64,000 nt of DNA from an uncultured Planctomycetia bacterium (GCA_964430735.1 CAYSFB010000003.1:130039-194038), one strand, 5' to 3'. Positions 36,884 to 47,578 are shown, counted from the stretch's first letter. The notes: generated by a model from the sequence alone, not told the origin. Program-made: numbers and translations.

Positions 36884-38164
36884 ATGAAACCTCGCATCGC
36901 CATCGTCGACGGCATCCGGACGCCTTTCGTCAAGGCCTTCAGCTCCTTCAACAACCTCTCCTCCAAAGAACTCGGCCGGATCGCCTTTGCCGAGGTCATC
37001 CAGAGAACCGAGATCAACCCGAACCTGATCGACGAAGTCGTCGTCGGTTCTGTCGCAACCACCTCCGACTCCGCCAACATCGGCCGCGTCATTTCGCTTT
37101 TGGCCGGCGTGCCCCAGTCCAAGCGCGCAATGACGGTCTCGCGCAACTGTGCTTCCGGCATCGAAGCGGTCACCACCGCCTGGGAAAAGATCATCTCCGG
37201 CGCGGACGAAGTCGTCCTCGCGGGCGGCGCCGAGTCCATGTCGAGCGTGCCGTTCACGTACACCAAAAAGGCGCAGGAGACGTTCATGGCCCTCGGCAAA
37301 GCCACGCCGATCCAGCGGATGGCCGCCCTCTGGAAGATCAAGGGGGAGCTGGTCAAACCGAACATCGGCCTCCAGGAAGCGCTTACCGATCCCGTCTGCG
37401 GCCTCAACATGGGACAGACCGCGGAAGTGCTCGCCAAAGAATTCGGCATCTCGCGCCGCGACCAGGACGAATTCTCGCTTGAGAGCCATCTGCGCGCCAT
37501 CACCAACCGCGGCAAGCTGGCCGAAGAAATCGTCCCGGTCCAGGTCGCTCCGGACTACAAAACCACGGTCGAGCACGACAACGGCGTCCGCGAAGGCCAG
37601 ACGTACGAAGCCCTCGCCAAGCTCAACCCGTATTTCGAGAAAAAAACCGGCACGGTCACGGCCGGTAACTCCAGCCAGATCACGGACGGCGCGGCCGCCG
37701 TGCTCGTCATGACCGAGGAAAAAGCCAAGGCGCTCGGTTACAAGCCGCTGGGCTACATCCGCAGCTATTCGTACGAAGGTCTCGACCCGCGCCGCATGGG
37801 CCTCGGGCCCGCGTTCGCGATCCCTTCCGCGCTCAAAAAAGCGGGCCTCACACTCAAGGACATCGAGCTCTTCGAGATCAACGAAGCCTTCGCCGCGCAG
37901 GTCATCGCCTGCGAACGCGCTCTGCAGAGCGATGCGTTCTGCAAAAAGGAACTCGGCCTCTCAGGAGCCGTCGGCACGATCCGGCGCGATATTTTGAACG
38001 TGAACGGCGGCGGCATCGCGCTGGGGCATCCGGTGGGTGTCACCGGCACGCGCCTCATCCTGACGCTGCTCAAAGAACTCAAACGCCGCGGTCAGAACCT
38101 CGGCATCGCGTCGCTGTGCATCGGCGGCGGACAGGGCGCGGCCATCGTGCTCGAACGGGAATAA
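36884..38164 (+). CDS. fadA: acetyl-CoA C-acyltransferase (thiolase, FadA/FadI-like)
   Basis: Thiolase signatures (NCASGIEAV active Cys; GxGxG C-terminal CIGGGQGAA). Confidence 0.9.
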   Translation: MKPRIAIVDGIRTPFVKAFSSFNNLSSKELGRIAFAEVIQRTEINPNLIDEVVVGSVATTSDSANIGRVISLLAGVPQSKRAMTVSRNCASGIEAVTTAWEKIISGADEVVLAGGAESMSSVPFTYTKKAQETFMALGKATPIQRMAALWKIKGELVKPNIGLQEALTDPVCGLNMGQTAEVLAKEFGISRRDQDEFSLESHLRAITNRGKLAEEIVPVQVAPDYKTTVEHDNGVREGQTYEALAKLNPYFEKKTGTVTAGNSSQITDGAAAVLVMTEEKAKALGYKPLGYIRSYSYEGLDPRRMGLGPAFAIPSALKKAGLTLKDIELFEINEAFAAQVIACERALQSDAFCKKELGLSGAVGTIRRDILNVNGGGIALGHPVGVTGTRLILTLLKELKRRGQNLGIASLCIGGGQGAAIVLERE

Positions 38165-38173
38165 GGGGGAACC

Positions 38174-40285
38174 ATGGCAGACCTCAAGCTCACCAAACTC
38201 GATAACAGCATCGGCGTCCTGACTTTCGATGCGGAAGGCAAAAAGGCCAACGTCCTCACGACCGCACTGCGCGACGAGCTTTTTAAAGTCGTCCAGGAGC
38301 TCAAGACCTCCGGCCTCAAGGCGCTTCTCATCGAAAGCGCCAAACCCGGCATTTTCATCGCCGGAGCCGACATCAAAGAAATCCAAAACATCTCCACCGT
38401 CGAAGACGGCGTGGCCAAGGCCCAGTCGGGCCAGGTCATGATGGATGCGATCGAAGATCTGCCGTTTCCGACCGTCGCGCTCATCGACGGTGCCTGTCTC
38501 GGCGGCGGCCTTGAATTCTCGCTCGCATGCACCTGGCGCTTCGCGTCGTTCGACCCGTCGGTCAAGATCGGTCTGCCCGAAGTGAATCTGGGCATCATTC
38601 CTGGCTTCGGCGGAACCTGGCGCCTCCCGCGCGTCGCCGGACTCCAAAAAGGCCTGGGCTTCATCGTTCAGGGCAAAGTCATGGACTCCAAAGCCGCGTT
38701 CCGCGGAGGTCTGGTTGACGCACTCCACGCGTCGCCGCTGTTGCGCGCCGCAGCGATCGAGCACCTGGAAAAAACCGGCTTTAAAAAATCCCGCCCCTTC
38801 GCCAAGGCCGCTGGCCTCCAAGGCAAACTCATGGAAGAAACGCCGGTCGGCAAAGGCATGATCGCTTCAGCCGCAACCAAGATGACGCTCAAAGCCACCA
38901 AGGGCAAATATCCGGCCCCGATCAAGGCCATCGAAGTTGTCGTCGCCAATTATGGCGCGTCCCGCGACGCGGCCATGAAGCGCGAAGCGCTCGAATTCGG
39001 CAAACTCGTGAAGCTAGGCCAGCATAAGCTCATGATCCAGGTCTTCAACCTGACCGAGCGCTATAAGAAGGAAGTCTGGACCCCGGCCGCAGCCCCCGCG
39101 GTAAACAAATGCGCGGTGCTCGGCGCCGGCGTCATGGGCGGCGGGATCGCGCAGCTCGTGAGTTCCGCCTCGATCCCGGTCCGCCTCAAGGACGTCAGCC
39201 ACGATGCACTTAAGCTGGGCTTGCGCTCTTCCGCCGCGGTATACAAAAAAGCAGTCGAACGCCGCAAATACAACAAGGCCGAGGCCGCATCGCTGCAGGG
39301 GATGATCACGCCCACGCTCGACTATTCGGGCTTCAAGACCTGCGACATCGTGATCGAAGCCGTCGTCGAGAACATGGATGTGAAGAAAAAAGTCTTCGCC
39401 GAACTCGACAAAGTCACGCGGCCCGATGCGATCCTGGCCTCCAACACCTCGTCGCTTTCGGTGACCGAAATGGCGACCGCGGTGCAGGACCCCGGCCGCG
39501 TCGTCGGCATGCACTTCTTCAACCCCGTCGACAAAATGCCGCTGGTCGAGATCATCCGCGGAGCCAAGACGTCTGACGCGACCATCGCGGCCATCGTTGC
39601 CTTGTCGCGGCGCCTGCGCAAGACGCCGATCGTCGTCAAAGACGCTCCCGGCTTCCTCGTGAACCGGCTTCTCATGCCTTATCTCAACGAGGCGGGTTAT
39701 CTTGCCCAGGAAGGACAGTCGGTCGAAGCGGTCGACAAAATCCTCCTCGACTTCGGCATGCCGATGGGAGCGTTCATTCTGCTCGACGAGATCGGTCTCG
39801 ACGTCGCCTACAAGGTCGGCAAGATTCTCGAGAACGCCTTCGGCGCGCGCATGAAAGCCGCCGAACTCAGCCACCGCCTGGCCGACGCGAAGCTGCTCGG
39901 CAAAAAGAGCGGCAAGGGCTTCTACGTCCATGCCGACAAAGAACGCACGCTGAATCCTGACCTCTCGAAGTTCATCACCGCAGCCAAGACGCCGTCCGAA
40001 CAGGCCGTGATCGAACGCTGCCTGTACGTGATGGTGAACGAAGCCGCGTTCTGCCTCGAAGAAGGTGTCTGCCGCGAACCGCAGGACGTCGACGTCGCCA
40101 TGCTGTACGGCACGGGCTTTCCGCCGTTCAAAAGCGGTCTCTTGCGCTGGGCGGATTCGGTCGGCACCGCGAACATCGTCCAGTCGCTCGAGCGTCTCCA
40201 GAAGGAAGTCGACGCGGAACGCTTCCGCCCGTCGCGTTACCTGGCGGACCTCGCGCGTCAGAACAAGCCCTTCCACGCCGCATAA
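38174..40285 (+). CDS. fadJ: fatty-acid oxidation complex alpha subunit (enoyl-CoA hydratase / 3-hydroxyacyl-CoA dehydrogenase)
   Basis: N-terminal crotonase fold, central NAD-binding GAGVMGGGIA, C-terminal 3HCDH domains. Confidence 0.9.
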   Translation: MADLKLTKLDNSIGVLTFDAEGKKANVLTTALRDELFKVVQELKTSGLKALLIESAKPGIFIAGADIKEIQNISTVEDGVAKAQSGQVMMDAIEDLPFPTVALIDGACLGGGLEFSLACTWRFASFDPSVKIGLPEVNLGIIPGFGGTWRLPRVAGLQKGLGFIVQGKVMDSKAAFRGGLVDALHASPLLRAAAIEHLEKTGFKKSRPFAKAAGLQGKLMEETPVGKGMIASAATKMTLKATKGKYPAPIKAIEVVVANYGASRDAAMKREALEFGKLVKLGQHKLMIQVFNLTERYKKEVWTPAAAPAVNKCAVLGAGVMGGGIAQLVSSASIPVRLKDVSHDALKLGLRSSAAVYKKAVERRKYNKAEAASLQGMITPTLDYSGFKTCDIVIEAVVENMDVKKKVFAELDKVTRPDAILASNTSSLSVTEMATAVQDPGRVVGMHFFNPVDKMPLVEIIRGAKTSDATIAAIVALSRRLRKTPIVVKDAPGFLVNRLLMPYLNEAGYLAQEGQSVEAVDKILLDFGMPMGAFILLDEIGLDVAYKVGKILENAFGARMKAAELSHRLADAKLLGKKSGKGFYVHADKERTLNPDLSKFITAAKTPSEQAVIERCLYVMVNEAAFCLEEGVCREPQDVDVAMLYGTGFPPFKSGLLRWADSVGTANIVQSLERLQKEVDAERFRPSRYLADLARQNKPFHAA

Positions 40286-40299
40286 GAAGGGAAACGAAC

Positions 40300-42123
40300 G
40301 TGGCCGAGTCGCCGCGCAACCTCGTTCAGATCTTCTCCGACAACGCCCGCGAGGCGCCGTCCCGCGAGGCGCTCTCGTACTTCAAGGACGCACAAACCCT
40401 CGTCGCTTTGGATTGGGCCTCCGTCTGGTCGCGCATTCTCAAGACCGCTGCGGGACTTAAAAAACTGGGGCTCCAGCGGGGGATGAAGCTCGCGATTTGG
40501 AGCACGAACCGGCCCGAATGGGTCGCCGCTGACGTTGCCACGCTTTTTCTGGGAGGCGTCAGCGTTCCGGTCTACGTCACACTCGCCGCGGCGGAAATCC
40601 GCTACATCCTCAACGACGCCTCCGCCCGCATCCTCGTGGTCGAAACCCCCGAGCTGCTCGCGCGACTCGACCCCGTCCTGCACGAATGTCCCGAGCTTTG
40701 GGGCATCGTCCTCATCGAGGGCGCTTACACGATCCAAAACCAGGCCGCCCGCCAGACCGTCGTCCCGTTGTCGGATTTTTTCAAAGAGGAGGCGCTGCCG
40801 TTCGGATCCGCCGAGGTCGAGGACGCGCTCGCGCATGTCCGTCCGTCCGAAACGGCGACCATTATTTACACGTCGGGCACGACCGGCTTTCCGAAGGGCG
40901 TGGTCCTCACGCACGAGAACTTTTTATCCAACATGGACGCCGTCATCCGCTCGCTGCCGCTTTCGAGCACGGACACGCACCTGTCGTTCCTGCCGCTGTG
41001 CCACGTGTTCGAACGCACCTGCGGCTATTACCTGATGTGCCGCGCCCGAGCCCGCATCGTCTACGCGCGCAGCATCAATACCGTCGCCGAGGACGCGATG
41101 CTCGCGAAGCCGACCTTCCTGATGGCGGTCCCGCGCTTTTATGAAAAAGTTCACGCAAAGATCTACGAAAAGATGCTCAAGGCATCCCGCGCGCGCAAGG
41201 CGCTGGCCGCCTGGGTGATGCGCGTCGGTCGCAAAATGACTGAGCGCCGGTCCCGTCCGGACGGACGCCCCGGACTCGGCCTGTCGCTGGCCTATAAGAT
41301 CGGCGATCGCCTGGCTTACCGGAAGATCCGGGACACACTCGGAGGCCGTATCCGGTTCTGTGTTTCGGGCGGCGCGCCGCTGGCGCCCGAACAGGCCCAG
41401 TTCTTCGCCGGGCTCGGCCTTCTCATCCTCGAAGGTTACGGGCTCACCGAAACATCGCCGGTGATCAGCTTCAACCGCGTGAACCACTACAAATTCGGCA
41501 CCGTCGGCAAACCCGTCGACAACATCGAAGTCAAAATTTCGGACATCGGCGAGATCCTGGTCAAAGGCCCCAGTGTGATGCAAGGGTATTACCACAAGCC
41601 CGAAGAGACGGCAGATGCGATCCGCGACGGCTGGTTCCACACAGGCGACCTGGGCACGCTCGATGCCGACGGTTTTCTCAAGATCACCGGCCGCATCAAA
41701 GAGCTGCTCGTTCTCTCCGGCGGCAAAAAAGTCGCCACCGCCGCGGTCGAAAAGGAATATGAAACGGCGCCGCTCGTCGAACGCTGCGTCCTGTACGGGG
41801 AAGGTCATCACTTCCTCACGGCATTCATCGTGCCCAAATTCGAGGAGCTCGAACGGATCGCCGCCTCCAAGGGCATGGCGCCGCCGTCCCGGCGCGAACT
41901 CGCAACCGCGCAATGGGTCAAAGATCTCATCGAACCCCAGATTCAGGCCGTTCGGGAGCGTCTGGCTCCCTACGAGCAGATCAAATACTTCGCCGTGCTC
42001 GAGCGCGACTTCACGGTCGAAGACGGGGAGCTCACGCCGACGCTCAAGGCCCGGCGCAAGATCATCACGTCCAAGTACGCTCCGCTCGTCGAACCGTTCT
42101 ATGCCGCATCCCGCAAAGCCTGA
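40300..42123 (+). CDS. fadD: long-chain-fatty-acid--CoA ligase (AMP-binding)
   Basis: IIYTSGTTGFPKGV AMP-binding motif; 607 aa. Confidence 0.88.
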   Translation: MAESPRNLVQIFSDNAREAPSREALSYFKDAQTLVALDWASVWSRILKTAAGLKKLGLQRGMKLAIWSTNRPEWVAADVATLFLGGVSVPVYVTLAAAEIRYILNDASARILVVETPELLARLDPVLHECPELWGIVLIEGAYTIQNQAARQTVVPLSDFFKEEALPFGSAEVEDALAHVRPSETATIIYTSGTTGFPKGVVLTHENFLSNMDAVIRSLPLSSTDTHLSFLPLCHVFERTCGYYLMCRARARIVYARSINTVAEDAMLAKPTFLMAVPRFYEKVHAKIYEKMLKASRARKALAAWVMRVGRKMTERRSRPDGRPGLGLSLAYKIGDRLAYRKIRDTLGGRIRFCVSGGAPLAPEQAQFFAGLGLLILEGYGLTETSPVISFNRVNHYKFGTVGKPVDNIEVKISDIGEILVKGPSVMQGYYHKPEETADAIRDGWFHTGDLGTLDADGFLKITGRIKELLVLSGGKKVATAAVEKEYETAPLVERCVLYGEGHHFLTAFIVPKFEELERIAASKGMAPPSRRELATAQWVKDLIEPQIQAVRERLAPYEQIKYFAVLERDFTVEDGELTPTLKARRKIITSKYAPLVEPFYAASRKA

Positions 42124-42970
42124 CGCGGACAGCCACTTTCTCGTCTCCTTTGACGGCACCGGCATCCATTACCGGTATTGGCCTGCCGCCGCCGGCCGCA
42201 CCGCCAAACTCCCGGTCCTCATCGTTCACGGGGCGGGGGAATACGGGGGCCGCTACCGGGAATTCGCCGCATTTCTCAACGCCGCCGGCTATCCGGTCGC
42301 CGCGGTCGACCTGCGGGGCTTTGGTCAAAGCGGCGGCGCGCGCGCGTTCGTGAACCGCTTCGATGATTACATCCAGGACATTCAAGCCGTCAGCGCACAA
42401 GTCATGCGGATGGCGGGAACCGGCCGCTTTCATCTTCTGGGCCACAGCATGGGCGGCCTCGTAGCCGCGGCAACGGCCGCATCCGGCCGGCCGACCGGCG
42501 CCGCGTCGCTCACGCTCTCGTCACCCTGTTTCGCGCTGTCGTTCCCGGTGCCGGCGCATCTGCGGGCGATCGGCGCCGTCTGCTCAAGCCTCCGTCCGCG
42601 GCAACTCTTCGCAACCAAGGCCATCTCGGAACTTTTGACGCACGACTCCGAGATCGCGCGCGCCCACCGGACCGATCCGCAAATCGTCCACTTCATGAGC
42701 GCCCGGCTCTTTTTCGAAATGCACTCCCAGATGTCCCGGCACCTCGCCCTCGCTCACCGCATCCAGCTGCCGACGGGAATCTTTTTGGCGGGGGATGACC
42801 GGGTCGTGGACCGGCGGGCGACCCGATCCTTTTTTGAAGCCCTCGGTCCTAACGGTAAGCAGTGGACGCTTTATCCGGACGGTTTTCACGAAATCCTCAA
42901 CGAGACGTTCCGCGCTCAAGTTCACCGCGACATCCTCACTTTCCTCGACTCCCTCGCAACATCCTCTTGA
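42101..42970 (+). CDS. alpha/beta hydrolase (lysophospholipase/monoacylglycerol lipase-like)
   Basis: GHSMGG nucleophile elbow; start chosen at first ATG overlapping fadD 3' end. Confidence 0.75.
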   Translation: MPHPAKPDADSHFLVSFDGTGIHYRYWPAAAGRTAKLPVLIVHGAGEYGGRYREFAAFLNAAGYPVAAVDLRGFGQSGGARAFVNRFDDYIQDIQAVSAQVMRMAGTGRFHLLGHSMGGLVAAATAASGRPTGAASLTLSSPCFALSFPVPAHLRAIGAVCSSLRPRQLFATKAISELLTHDSEIARAHRTDPQIVHFMSARLFFEMHSQMSRHLALAHRIQLPTGIFLAGDDRVVDRRATRSFFEALGPNGKQWTLYPDGFHEILNETFRAQVHRDILTFLDSLATSS

Positions 42971-43005
42971 CAAGGCAGGATTCGATAATTAGAATAGTTA
43001 ACTAT
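42967..43005 (+). promoter_or_regulatory. promoter TTGACA-17-TAGAAT with 12-bp perfect palindrome ATAGTTAACTAT (42994-43005) overlapping -10
   Basis: Read directly; same -35/-10 hexamers as groESL promoter. Confidence 0.45.
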
Positions 43006-43061
43006 TGTTAAGATTTAAAAACATTCACACCATCATCGACTAACCTAGAGCAATTCCTCCC

Positions 43062-43511
43062 ATGTCCCAATTAGCCCAAAAGATCCAGGACGACATCAAA
43101 GCGGCCATGATCGCCAAGGATGCCGCCAAACTCGACCCGCTCCGGATGCTCAAATCCGCCGTCAAGAACCTCGAAATCGCCAACCCCGGCAAGCCGCTCA
43201 CCGACGAGCAGGTCTTCCAGGTGATCCAGAAGCAGATCAAGCAACGCCAGGACTCCATCGCCGAATACGAAAAAGCCGGCCGCCCGGAACTCGCCGTTAA
43301 GGAAAAGTCCGAGCTGGCGGTCCTGAAGCTTTACCTTCCGGCGGAACTTTCGGACGCGGAGCTCCAGGCCGTCATCGACGAAGTCCTCAAAGCCAACTCC
43401 CTTTCGTCCAAAAAAGAATTCGGCAAAGCCATGAAGCTTGTACAGGAAAAAACCGCCGGCAAGGCGGACAACCGGCGCGTCAGCGAAACCCTCAACAGGA
43501 TCCTACAATAA
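43062..43511 (+). CDS. yqeY: GatB/YqeY domain protein
   Basis: Typical YqeY consensus (IKAAMIAKD...LKSAVKN...YLP..LSDAEL). Confidence 0.75.
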   Translation: MSQLAQKIQDDIKAAMIAKDAAKLDPLRMLKSAVKNLEIANPGKPLTDEQVFQVIQKQIKQRQDSIAEYEKAGRPELAVKEKSELAVLKLYLPAELSDAELQAVIDEVLKANSLSSKKEFGKAMKLVQEKTAGKADNRRVSETLNRILQ

Positions 43512-44446
43512 TGAAAAAGCCCATCACTGCCATCATCGGCGCCGGCCAGGTCGGAGCGACCGCCGCCCAGCGTCTCATCGAAAAAAACATTTCGAACGTC
43601 GTCCTCTTCGACATCGTCGAAGGCCTCGCCGAAGGCAAGGCGCTCGACCTCATGGAAGCCGCGCCGATCGAAGGCCACGGCCGCGTCGTGAAGGGAACGA
43701 CCAAGTACGAAGACATCGCCGGAGCCGACGTTGTCGTGATCACCGCCGGCATGCCGCGCAAACCCGGCATGACCCGTGAAGACCTCCTGGCCTTGAACGC
43801 CAAGATCGTCAAGTCCGTCTGCGAGAACGTCAAAAAGTACGCGCCCGACTCCATCGTGATCACCGTCACGAACCCGCTCGACATCATGACCGACCTCGCG
43901 GCCAAGCTCCTCGGCTTCCCCAAGAACCGTGTGTTCGGCATGGCCGGCGTCCTCGACTCGGCCCGCATGCGCTATTTCATTTCACTCGCGCTCGGCGTCG
44001 AACCGCACCGCGTGAGCTCGCTGGTTCTCGGCGGCCATGGCGATCTCATGGTCCCGGTCACGAGCCAGATGCTGCTCGACGGCAAGCCCATCACGTCAAT
44101 TTCGGAAGCCGACCGCAAGGCCATCATCGAACGCACCCAGAACGGCGGCGCCGAAATCGTGAAACTCCTCAAAACCGGCAGCGCGTTCTACGCTCCGGCC
44201 AGCTCCGTCGCCCAGATGGTCGACGCGGTGCTCAACGACAAGCCCGTCGCGCTTCCGCTCTGTGCCCACTGCAACGGAGAGTACGGCGTCAAGGACATGT
44301 ACTGCGGCGTCGTGGCCAAGCTCGGCAAGAACGGCGTCAAAGAAATCGTCCAGATCCCGCTCACGGCCGAAGAGCAGAAGATGCTCAAGGACTCCGTGGA
44401 AAAAGTCGGGGCCGGCATCCGCGAAGTCGCGGCCATGACCTTCTAA
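43511..44446 (+). CDS. mdh: malate dehydrogenase (LDH-like MDH)
   Basis: GAGQVGATAA Rossmann; substrate-specificity Arg in GMPRKPGMTR. Confidence 0.9.
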   Translation: MKKPITAIIGAGQVGATAAQRLIEKNISNVVLFDIVEGLAEGKALDLMEAAPIEGHGRVVKGTTKYEDIAGADVVVITAGMPRKPGMTREDLLALNAKIVKSVCENVKKYAPDSIVITVTNPLDIMTDLAAKLLGFPKNRVFGMAGVLDSARMRYFISLALGVEPHRVSSLVLGGHGDLMVPVTSQMLLDGKPITSISEADRKAIIERTQNGGAEIVKLLKTGSAFYAPASSVAQMVDAVLNDKPVALPLCAHCNGEYGVKDMYCGVVAKLGKNGVKEIVQIPLTAEEQKMLKDSVEKVGAGIREVAAMTF

Positions 44447-44473
44447 GTTTTTTTAAAGGAAAAACCAGCCAAC

Positions 44474-45637
44474 ATGAAAATCCACGAATTCCAGGCCAAG
44501 GAACTTTTTCGCAAATACGGGATCCCGGTGCCCAACGGCGCCGCGGCCCGTACGCCCCAGGAAGCCGTCGCCGCGTATCAAAAGCTCGGGCTGAACGGCG
44601 CGATGGTCAAAACCCAGATCCTGGCCGGCGGCCGGGGCAAGGCCGGCGGCATCAAGAAGGCCGGGTCCGCCGCCGACGTGGAGACGCTCACCAAAGGTTT
44701 CATCGGCTCCACGCTCAAGACGTATCAGGGCGGCGGCAAGGGAGAGGTGATCAAGGCCGTCCTCATCGAAGAGCTCCGCGCCTTCACCAAAGAGTTCTAC
44801 ATGGCCATCACGATCGGCCGTTCCGAGGGCCTTCCGGTCCTGATCTTTTCGGAAGCCGGCGGCATGGACATCGAAGAGGTCGCGCACAAGACGCCCGAAA
44901 AAGTCCTCAAGATCGCGTTCGATCCCGAAACGCAGGTGTCGGCCGCGCACTTTGCGGGCAAGCTCAAGCTTTCGGCTGAGCTCGAAAAACTGCGCGCCGA
45001 ATTCGGAGCCGTCGCCGAAAAGCTCGCCAAGCTCTTCGTCGAACTCGACGCGGCGCTGGTCGAAATCAACCCGCTCGTCCTCAAGGCCGAAGGCGGCCTC
45101 CTCGCGCTCGACGCCAAAATCGCGTTCGACGACAACGCGCTCTTCCGCCACCCGGACCTCGAAGCGCTCAAGGATCCGGATGAAGAGGATCCCAAAGAAC
45201 AGCGGGCCAAGAAGTTCGGCCTCAACTACATTTCCCTCGAAGGCAACGTCGGCTGCCTCGTCAACGGCGCCGGACTCGCGATGACCACCATGGACGCGAT
45301 CAAGGGGGCGGGCGGAGATCCCGCCAATTTCCTGGACGTCGGCGGCGGAGCCACGCAGGAGGCGGTGGCCGAAGGATTCAGCATCATGCTCGAGGACCCG
45401 AATGTGAAGGCCATCATGGTCAATATCTTCGGCGGCATCATGAAGTGCGACATCATCGCGCAGGCGCTGGTCGATGCGTCCCGCAAGATCGGCGTCAAGA
45501 TTCCGCTCGTCGTGCGCCTCGAAGGCACCCGGGTCGAAGAAGGTCGCGAGATCCTCAAGCATTCAGGACTCAAATTCCACGTCGAAACCAGCATCGCGGA
45601 CGCGGCAGCCACGGCCGTCCGGTTGGCCAAAAATTAA
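44474..45637 (+). CDS. sucC: succinyl-CoA synthetase beta subunit
   Basis: Full-length ATP-grasp SucC consensus. Confidence 0.93.
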   Translation: MKIHEFQAKELFRKYGIPVPNGAAARTPQEAVAAYQKLGLNGAMVKTQILAGGRGKAGGIKKAGSAADVETLTKGFIGSTLKTYQGGGKGEVIKAVLIEELRAFTKEFYMAITIGRSEGLPVLIFSEAGGMDIEEVAHKTPEKVLKIAFDPETQVSAAHFAGKLKLSAELEKLRAEFGAVAEKLAKLFVELDAALVEINPLVLKAEGGLLALDAKIAFDDNALFRHPDLEALKDPDEEDPKEQRAKKFGLNYISLEGNVGCLVNGAGLAMTTMDAIKGAGGDPANFLDVGGGATQEAVAEGFSIMLEDPNVKAIMVNIFGGIMKCDIIAQALVDASRKIGVKIPLVVRLEGTRVEEGREILKHSGLKFHVETSIADAAATAVRLAKN

Positions 45638-45649
45638 GGGCTATAGCCA

Positions 45650-46525
45650 ATGTCTATTCTGATCAATAAAAATACCAAGGTCATTTGCCAGGGAATCACC
45701 GGCAAGGCCGGCAGCTTCCACGCCCAGCAATGTCTCGCCTACGGAACCAAAATGGTCGGCGGCGTGACACCCAAAAAGGGCGGAACCGACGTCGGCGGCA
45801 TTCCCGTCTTCAACACCGTGGCCGAAGCCAAGGCCCAGGTCGGAGCCGACGCGTCCATGATCTATGTCCCGGCGCCGTTCGCGCTCTCCGCAATCAAGGA
45901 AGCCGCTGACGCCCGCGTACCGCTTATCATCGTCATCACCGAAGGCATTCCGACCGTCGACATGATCAAGGCCAAAAAATACGCGACCGAACGCGGCTCC
46001 CGCATCATCGGCCCCAATTGCCCCGGCATCATCACCTCTGAAGAGTGCAAGATCGGCATCATGCCGGGCTACATCCACAAGAAGGGTTCGGTCGGCATCA
46101 TCTCGCGCTCCGGCACGCTGACGTACGAAGCCGTCTGGCAGACCACCCAGGCCGGCCTGGGGCAGACGACTTGCGTCGGCATCGGCGGCGACCCGGTCAT
46201 CGGCTCGTCCTTCATCGATCTCCTCACGCTCTTCAAGGATGACGCAGAAACCAAGGCCATCCTGATGCTCGGCGAGATCGGCGGGAGCCAGGAAGAAGAA
46301 GCCGCCGCGTACGTCAAAGCCAACATCAAGAAACCCGTCGCGGCTTTCATCGCCGGTCAGACCGCCCCCAAGGGCAAGCGCATGGGCCATGCCGGGGCGA
46401 TCATTTCCGGCTCCTCGGGTACGGCTGAAGAAAAGTACCGCGTGCTGGCCGCGAACGGGATCCGGACCATCCACAACCCGAGCGCCATCGGCCCCACGCT
46501 CAAAGAAATGCTCGGAGTCCGCTAA
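45650..46525 (+). CDS. sucD: succinyl-CoA synthetase alpha subunit
   Basis: CoA-binding [10 protein letters not shown], phospho-His region. Confidence 0.93.
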   Translation: MSILINKNTKVICQGITGKAGSFHAQQCLAYGTKMVGGVTPKKGGTDVGGIPVFNTVAEAKAQVGADASMIYVPAPFALSAIKEAADARVPLIIVITEGIPTVDMIKAKKYATERGSRIIGPNCPGIITSEECKIGIMPGYIHKKGSVGIISRSGTLTYEAVWQTTQAGLGQTTCVGIGGDPVIGSSFIDLLTLFKDDAETKAILMLGEIGGSQEEEAAAYVKANIKKPVAAFIAGQTAPKGKRMGHAGAIISGSSGTAEEKYRVLAANGIRTIHNPSAIGPTLKEMLGVR

Positions 46526-46529
46526 AGCC

Positions 46530-47027
46530 ATGTCCAAGGACCATTCGTTCGATATCGTGTCCCAGGTCAACCTTCAGGAGGTGACCAACGCGGTCGAGCA
46601 GTCCCGCAAAGAAGTGGCGACCCGCTTCGACTTCAAGGGCTCCAATTCGGCCATCGAGTGGAACCTTGATGAAAAAAAAATCACGCTCAAGACGGAAAAC
46701 GAGCTGCGCTTGAAGGCCTTGGTCGACATTCTGCAGACCAAGTTCTCCAAACGCCAGGTCTCCCTCAAATGCATCGACGCCGCCGAAGCGGAAAAAGCGA
46801 CCGGCGGGAGCCTCCGCCAGGTCATCACGATCAAGCAGGGGATTGCAGCGGACAAGGCCAAGGAGATTGTGAAGGCCATCAAGGCCTCCAAACTCAAGGT
46901 ACAGACGCAGATCCAGGACGATCAAATTCGGGTGCAGGCGGCCAAGATCGATGACCTCCAATCGGTGATCCAGCTGCTCAAGACCCAGAGCTTTGATCTG
47001 GACCTTCAATTTATTAATTACCGGTAG
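46530..47027 (+). CDS. yajQ: YajQ family nucleotide (c-di-GMP)-binding protein
   Basis: MSKDHSFDIVSQVNLQEV...RFDFKGS YajQ/UPF0234 consensus. Confidence 0.8.
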   Translation: MSKDHSFDIVSQVNLQEVTNAVEQSRKEVATRFDFKGSNSAIEWNLDEKKITLKTENELRLKALVDILQTKFSKRQVSLKCIDAAEAEKATGGSLRQVITIKQGIAADKAKEIVKAIKASKLKVQTQIQDDQIRVQAAKIDDLQSVIQLLKTQSFDLDLQFINYR

Positions 47028-47148
47028 GTCCACGGCCCTGCTTAGTATTGTCATTTTTTGTTTGAGTATTCATAAGTGTCGTGTTAGAGTAGTCAACGAG
47101 TTGGAAACAACTCTTTTAAACAGCAACGAAACAAGGGGGACAACGTAA

Positions 47149-47496
47149 ATGAAGAAGTTTTTTGCCGCAGCCTTGGTCGCCGGCTATGCCGTCGCCATCG
47201 CCGCTCCTGTGTTCGCCGTCGAGCAGAACACGGGTGACGAGCGCGTGGAAAGTGTCAAGCGCGGCGCACACAACACCAACTGGGCCTGGACCGAGGTCAT
47301 GGACAATGCGGGCAAAGAAGCCGGCAAGATGAAGGCCAATGATCCCGCGGACCAGTCCGTCGGTGTTGCGGCCGGTAGCGTGATCGGCGTTCGCAAGGGC
47401 ATCCATCGTTTTGGCGCCGGCGCGATCGACCTGCTGACTTTCTGGATCCCCAAAAAGCAGCCGCTCATCTCTCCCGAAGAGCCGACCCTCAAGTAA
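47149..47496 (+). CDS. small secreted hypothetical protein
   Basis: Signal peptide MKKFFAAALVAGYAVAIAAPVFA; strong downstream terminator. Confidence 0.5.
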   Translation: MKKFFAAALVAGYAVAIAAPVFAVEQNTGDERVESVKRGAHNTNWAWTEVMDNAGKEAGKMKANDPADQSVGVAAGSVIGVRKGIHRFGAGAIDLLTFWIPKKQPLISPEEPTLK

Positions 47497-47518
47497 GCTC
47501 TCCTGACGTCTTACAAAT

Positions 47519-47552
47519 AACCGGGTGCGTCGTCCCACCCGGTTATTTTTTT
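47519..47552 (+). terminator. rho-independent terminator AACCGGGTG-cgtcgtc-CACCCGGTT-ATTTTTTTT
   Basis: 9-bp stem + U-tract read directly. Confidence 0.7.
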
Positions 47553-47578
47553 TAATCACACTCGAAGGAGCTCGACCC

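Noticed and set aside
39014-42165. Minus-strand ORFs of 420 and 413 aa antisense to fadJ and fadD
   Set aside because: Shadow ORFs.
44453-46570. Minus-strand ORFs of 369 and 309 aa antisense to sucC and sucD
   Set aside because: Shadow ORFs.
47497-47578. THF riboswitch upstream of folE
   Set aside because: The region is accounted for by an intrinsic terminator hairpin and an RBS. No THF-aptamer conserved segments were seen.
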